Origin: Macrostomum lignano
Taxonomy: Eukaryota
Reading direction: 5' to 3'
Length of the DNA stretch: 64,000 nucleotides
NCBI GenBank assembly: GCA_002269645.1
Contig: NIVC01002335.1
Span: forward strand, 62,001 to 126,000
This document shows, piece by piece, positions 62,295-64,000 of the stretch; the first letter of the stretch is position 1; every line of letters starts with the position of its first letter. The notes under the pieces are model-generated. The model saw only the letters and a program-made list of their open reading frames with translations, was not told where the DNA came from and ran no database searches. Made by a program: the position numbers and the translations under genes.

Positions 62295-63319
62295 TGTCGA
62301 TTTTAGCGGTTGTTAGGGAGGCAAAAACTTCTGTTCAGACTCGAGCTCGAGTTGGCGATGAAGCCCGGTTAGGATGCTGGGCAGCCATGGAGATTAGTAG
62401 TATCTATCTGTGCCAACACGCCTATTGACTGTCCGAGACACTCGCGCCTCTCTCGGAAAATAATTCCGAATGGCTGCTTGTTGACTGGCAAGGTGGCGAT
62501 GGCTTTATGGGAGCCGAGGGGCTGGGAGTCAGGGGGGGGGGAGACGGCAGTGCGGGGAGGAGGGGGGAGACGTGTGAGAAGGTGGGAGCTGAGCAGCATG
62601 GTCTGGGGGTGGGGAGTTGGGGAGGGGAGGGCAGAAACTCTAGGCAAAGAGAGAAGAGCAGGGGCAGGAGGCCAGTGTGGACTGCACCGACCATGGCCCG
62701 GCAACCCTGCCTCGGGATTTAGAAAGTTTCAATTATTAGAGAGTGGCTTTGTCTTTTTAACCTTGTCACCAACCCCTCCCCTCAGACTTATTTCATAATA
62801 CTAGTATTATCAACAATTTTGTATTACTTCAGTACAATGCACTTATTTAGAAGATTATTGTTGGCCCAGAACAGTGTGTGTTCTGAGGCTGTCTACGCTA
62901 TCTCGTCTCTCCTCATCACCTCGTGTAGCAAGTGGAGTCGCCATGCACACACACAGCAGCAGCAGCAACATGCTGCACTAACAACAGTTTAAAACAGGTT
63001 GATTCTGAGCTGGAGAAAGCTGGAGAAGGGTGGCTGGTTGCCTTCTGCCGCCTGTCTGCCTCAGCATTTCTCTTACCGCACACCCAGTAAGAGAGAGATT
63101 TAGAGGAGGGCAAAGAGGAAGTGTTGGTGCTGGGACCGTCTGTCTCTCCTCCATCCCTCTATCCCAGTCAAGGACGCCTTGAACCAGAGTCTGGATTGGA
63201 CTACTAACTCGTCCACAAATTATCAGTTTTTGTTTAGGATGAAGCTAGGAGGACAGATACTGCGGATGCAACCAAAATTCTTTGATTAAATCAAATTGTT
63301 CAATTCAATTGCTCACTTT

Positions 63320-64000
63320 AGGTGTCAGGAGTGCCTCACTTTGGGTCTCAGCAGTGCCTCACTTTGGGTCTCAGCAGTGCCTCACTTTGGGTGTCAAGAG
63401 TGCCTCATTTTGGGTGTCAGCAGTGTCTCAATTTTTGTGTCAGCAGTGTCTCACTTTGGGTGTCTGTCAGGAGTGCCTCACTTTGGGTGTCAGCAGTGTC
63501 TCAATTCTTGTGTCAGCAGTGCCTCACTTTGGGTGTCAGCAGTGTCTCACTTTGGGTGTCAGCAGTGTCTCAATTTTTGTGTCAGCAGTGTCTCACTTTG
63601 GGTGTCAGGAGTGCCTCACTTTGGGTGTCAGCAGTGTCTCAATTTGGGTGTCAGAAGTGCCTCACTTTGGGTGTCAGGAGTGTCTCACTTTGGGTGTCAG
63701 CAGTGTCTCAATTTTTGTGTCAGCAGTGTCTCACTTTGGGTGTCAGGAGTGCCTCACTTTGGGTGTCAGCAGTGTCTCACTTTGGGTGTCAGGAGTGCCT
63801 CACTTTGGGTGTCAGCAGTGTCCTCACTTTGGGTGTCAGCAGTGTCCTCAATTTGGGTGTCAGGAGTGCCTCACTTTGGGTGTCAGCAGTGTCCTCACTT
63901 TGGGTGTCAGCAGTGTCCTCAATTTGGGTGTCAGGAGTGCCTCACTTTGGGTGTCAGGAGTGTCTCACTTTGGGTGTCAGAAGTGTCCTCACTTTGGGTG
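63320..64000. repeat. 23-bp minisatellite
   Basis: (cactttgggtgtcagcagtgyct)n. Confidence 0.94.

Overview
Eukaryotic (invertebrate animal) genomic DNA with GC-rich spliced exons in introns and intergenic space dominated by dozens of different mini/microsatellite arrays. This architecture resembles the flatworm Macrostomum lignano, which is an inference only. Three conserved multi-exon genes were rebuilt by hand from splice sites and reading phase. (1) A p90 ribosomal S6 kinase (RSK/RPS6KA) on +, 5'-truncated by the window edge, 5 exons at 954-10651. (2) A plexin-domain-containing (PLXDC/TEM7-like) type I membrane protein on -, 11 coding exons at 13462-26130, about 509 aa. (3) A LIM-domain-binding protein (LDB1/2, Chip) on -, 7 coding exons at 57129-62294, 548 aa. 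An intronless 74-aa secreted precursor (52199-52423, +) has an acidic spacer and an RL-G-RRR amidation/cleavage signal and is the best novelty candidate. Also present: a tRNA-derived SINE, a decayed RNase H/CCHC non-LTR retrotransposon fragment, a two-copy structured hairpin repeat, and a pair of ~1 kb inverted satellite arms. Nearly all long ORFs in the supplied track are translations of tandem repeats. There are no prokaryotic features and no CRISPR array.
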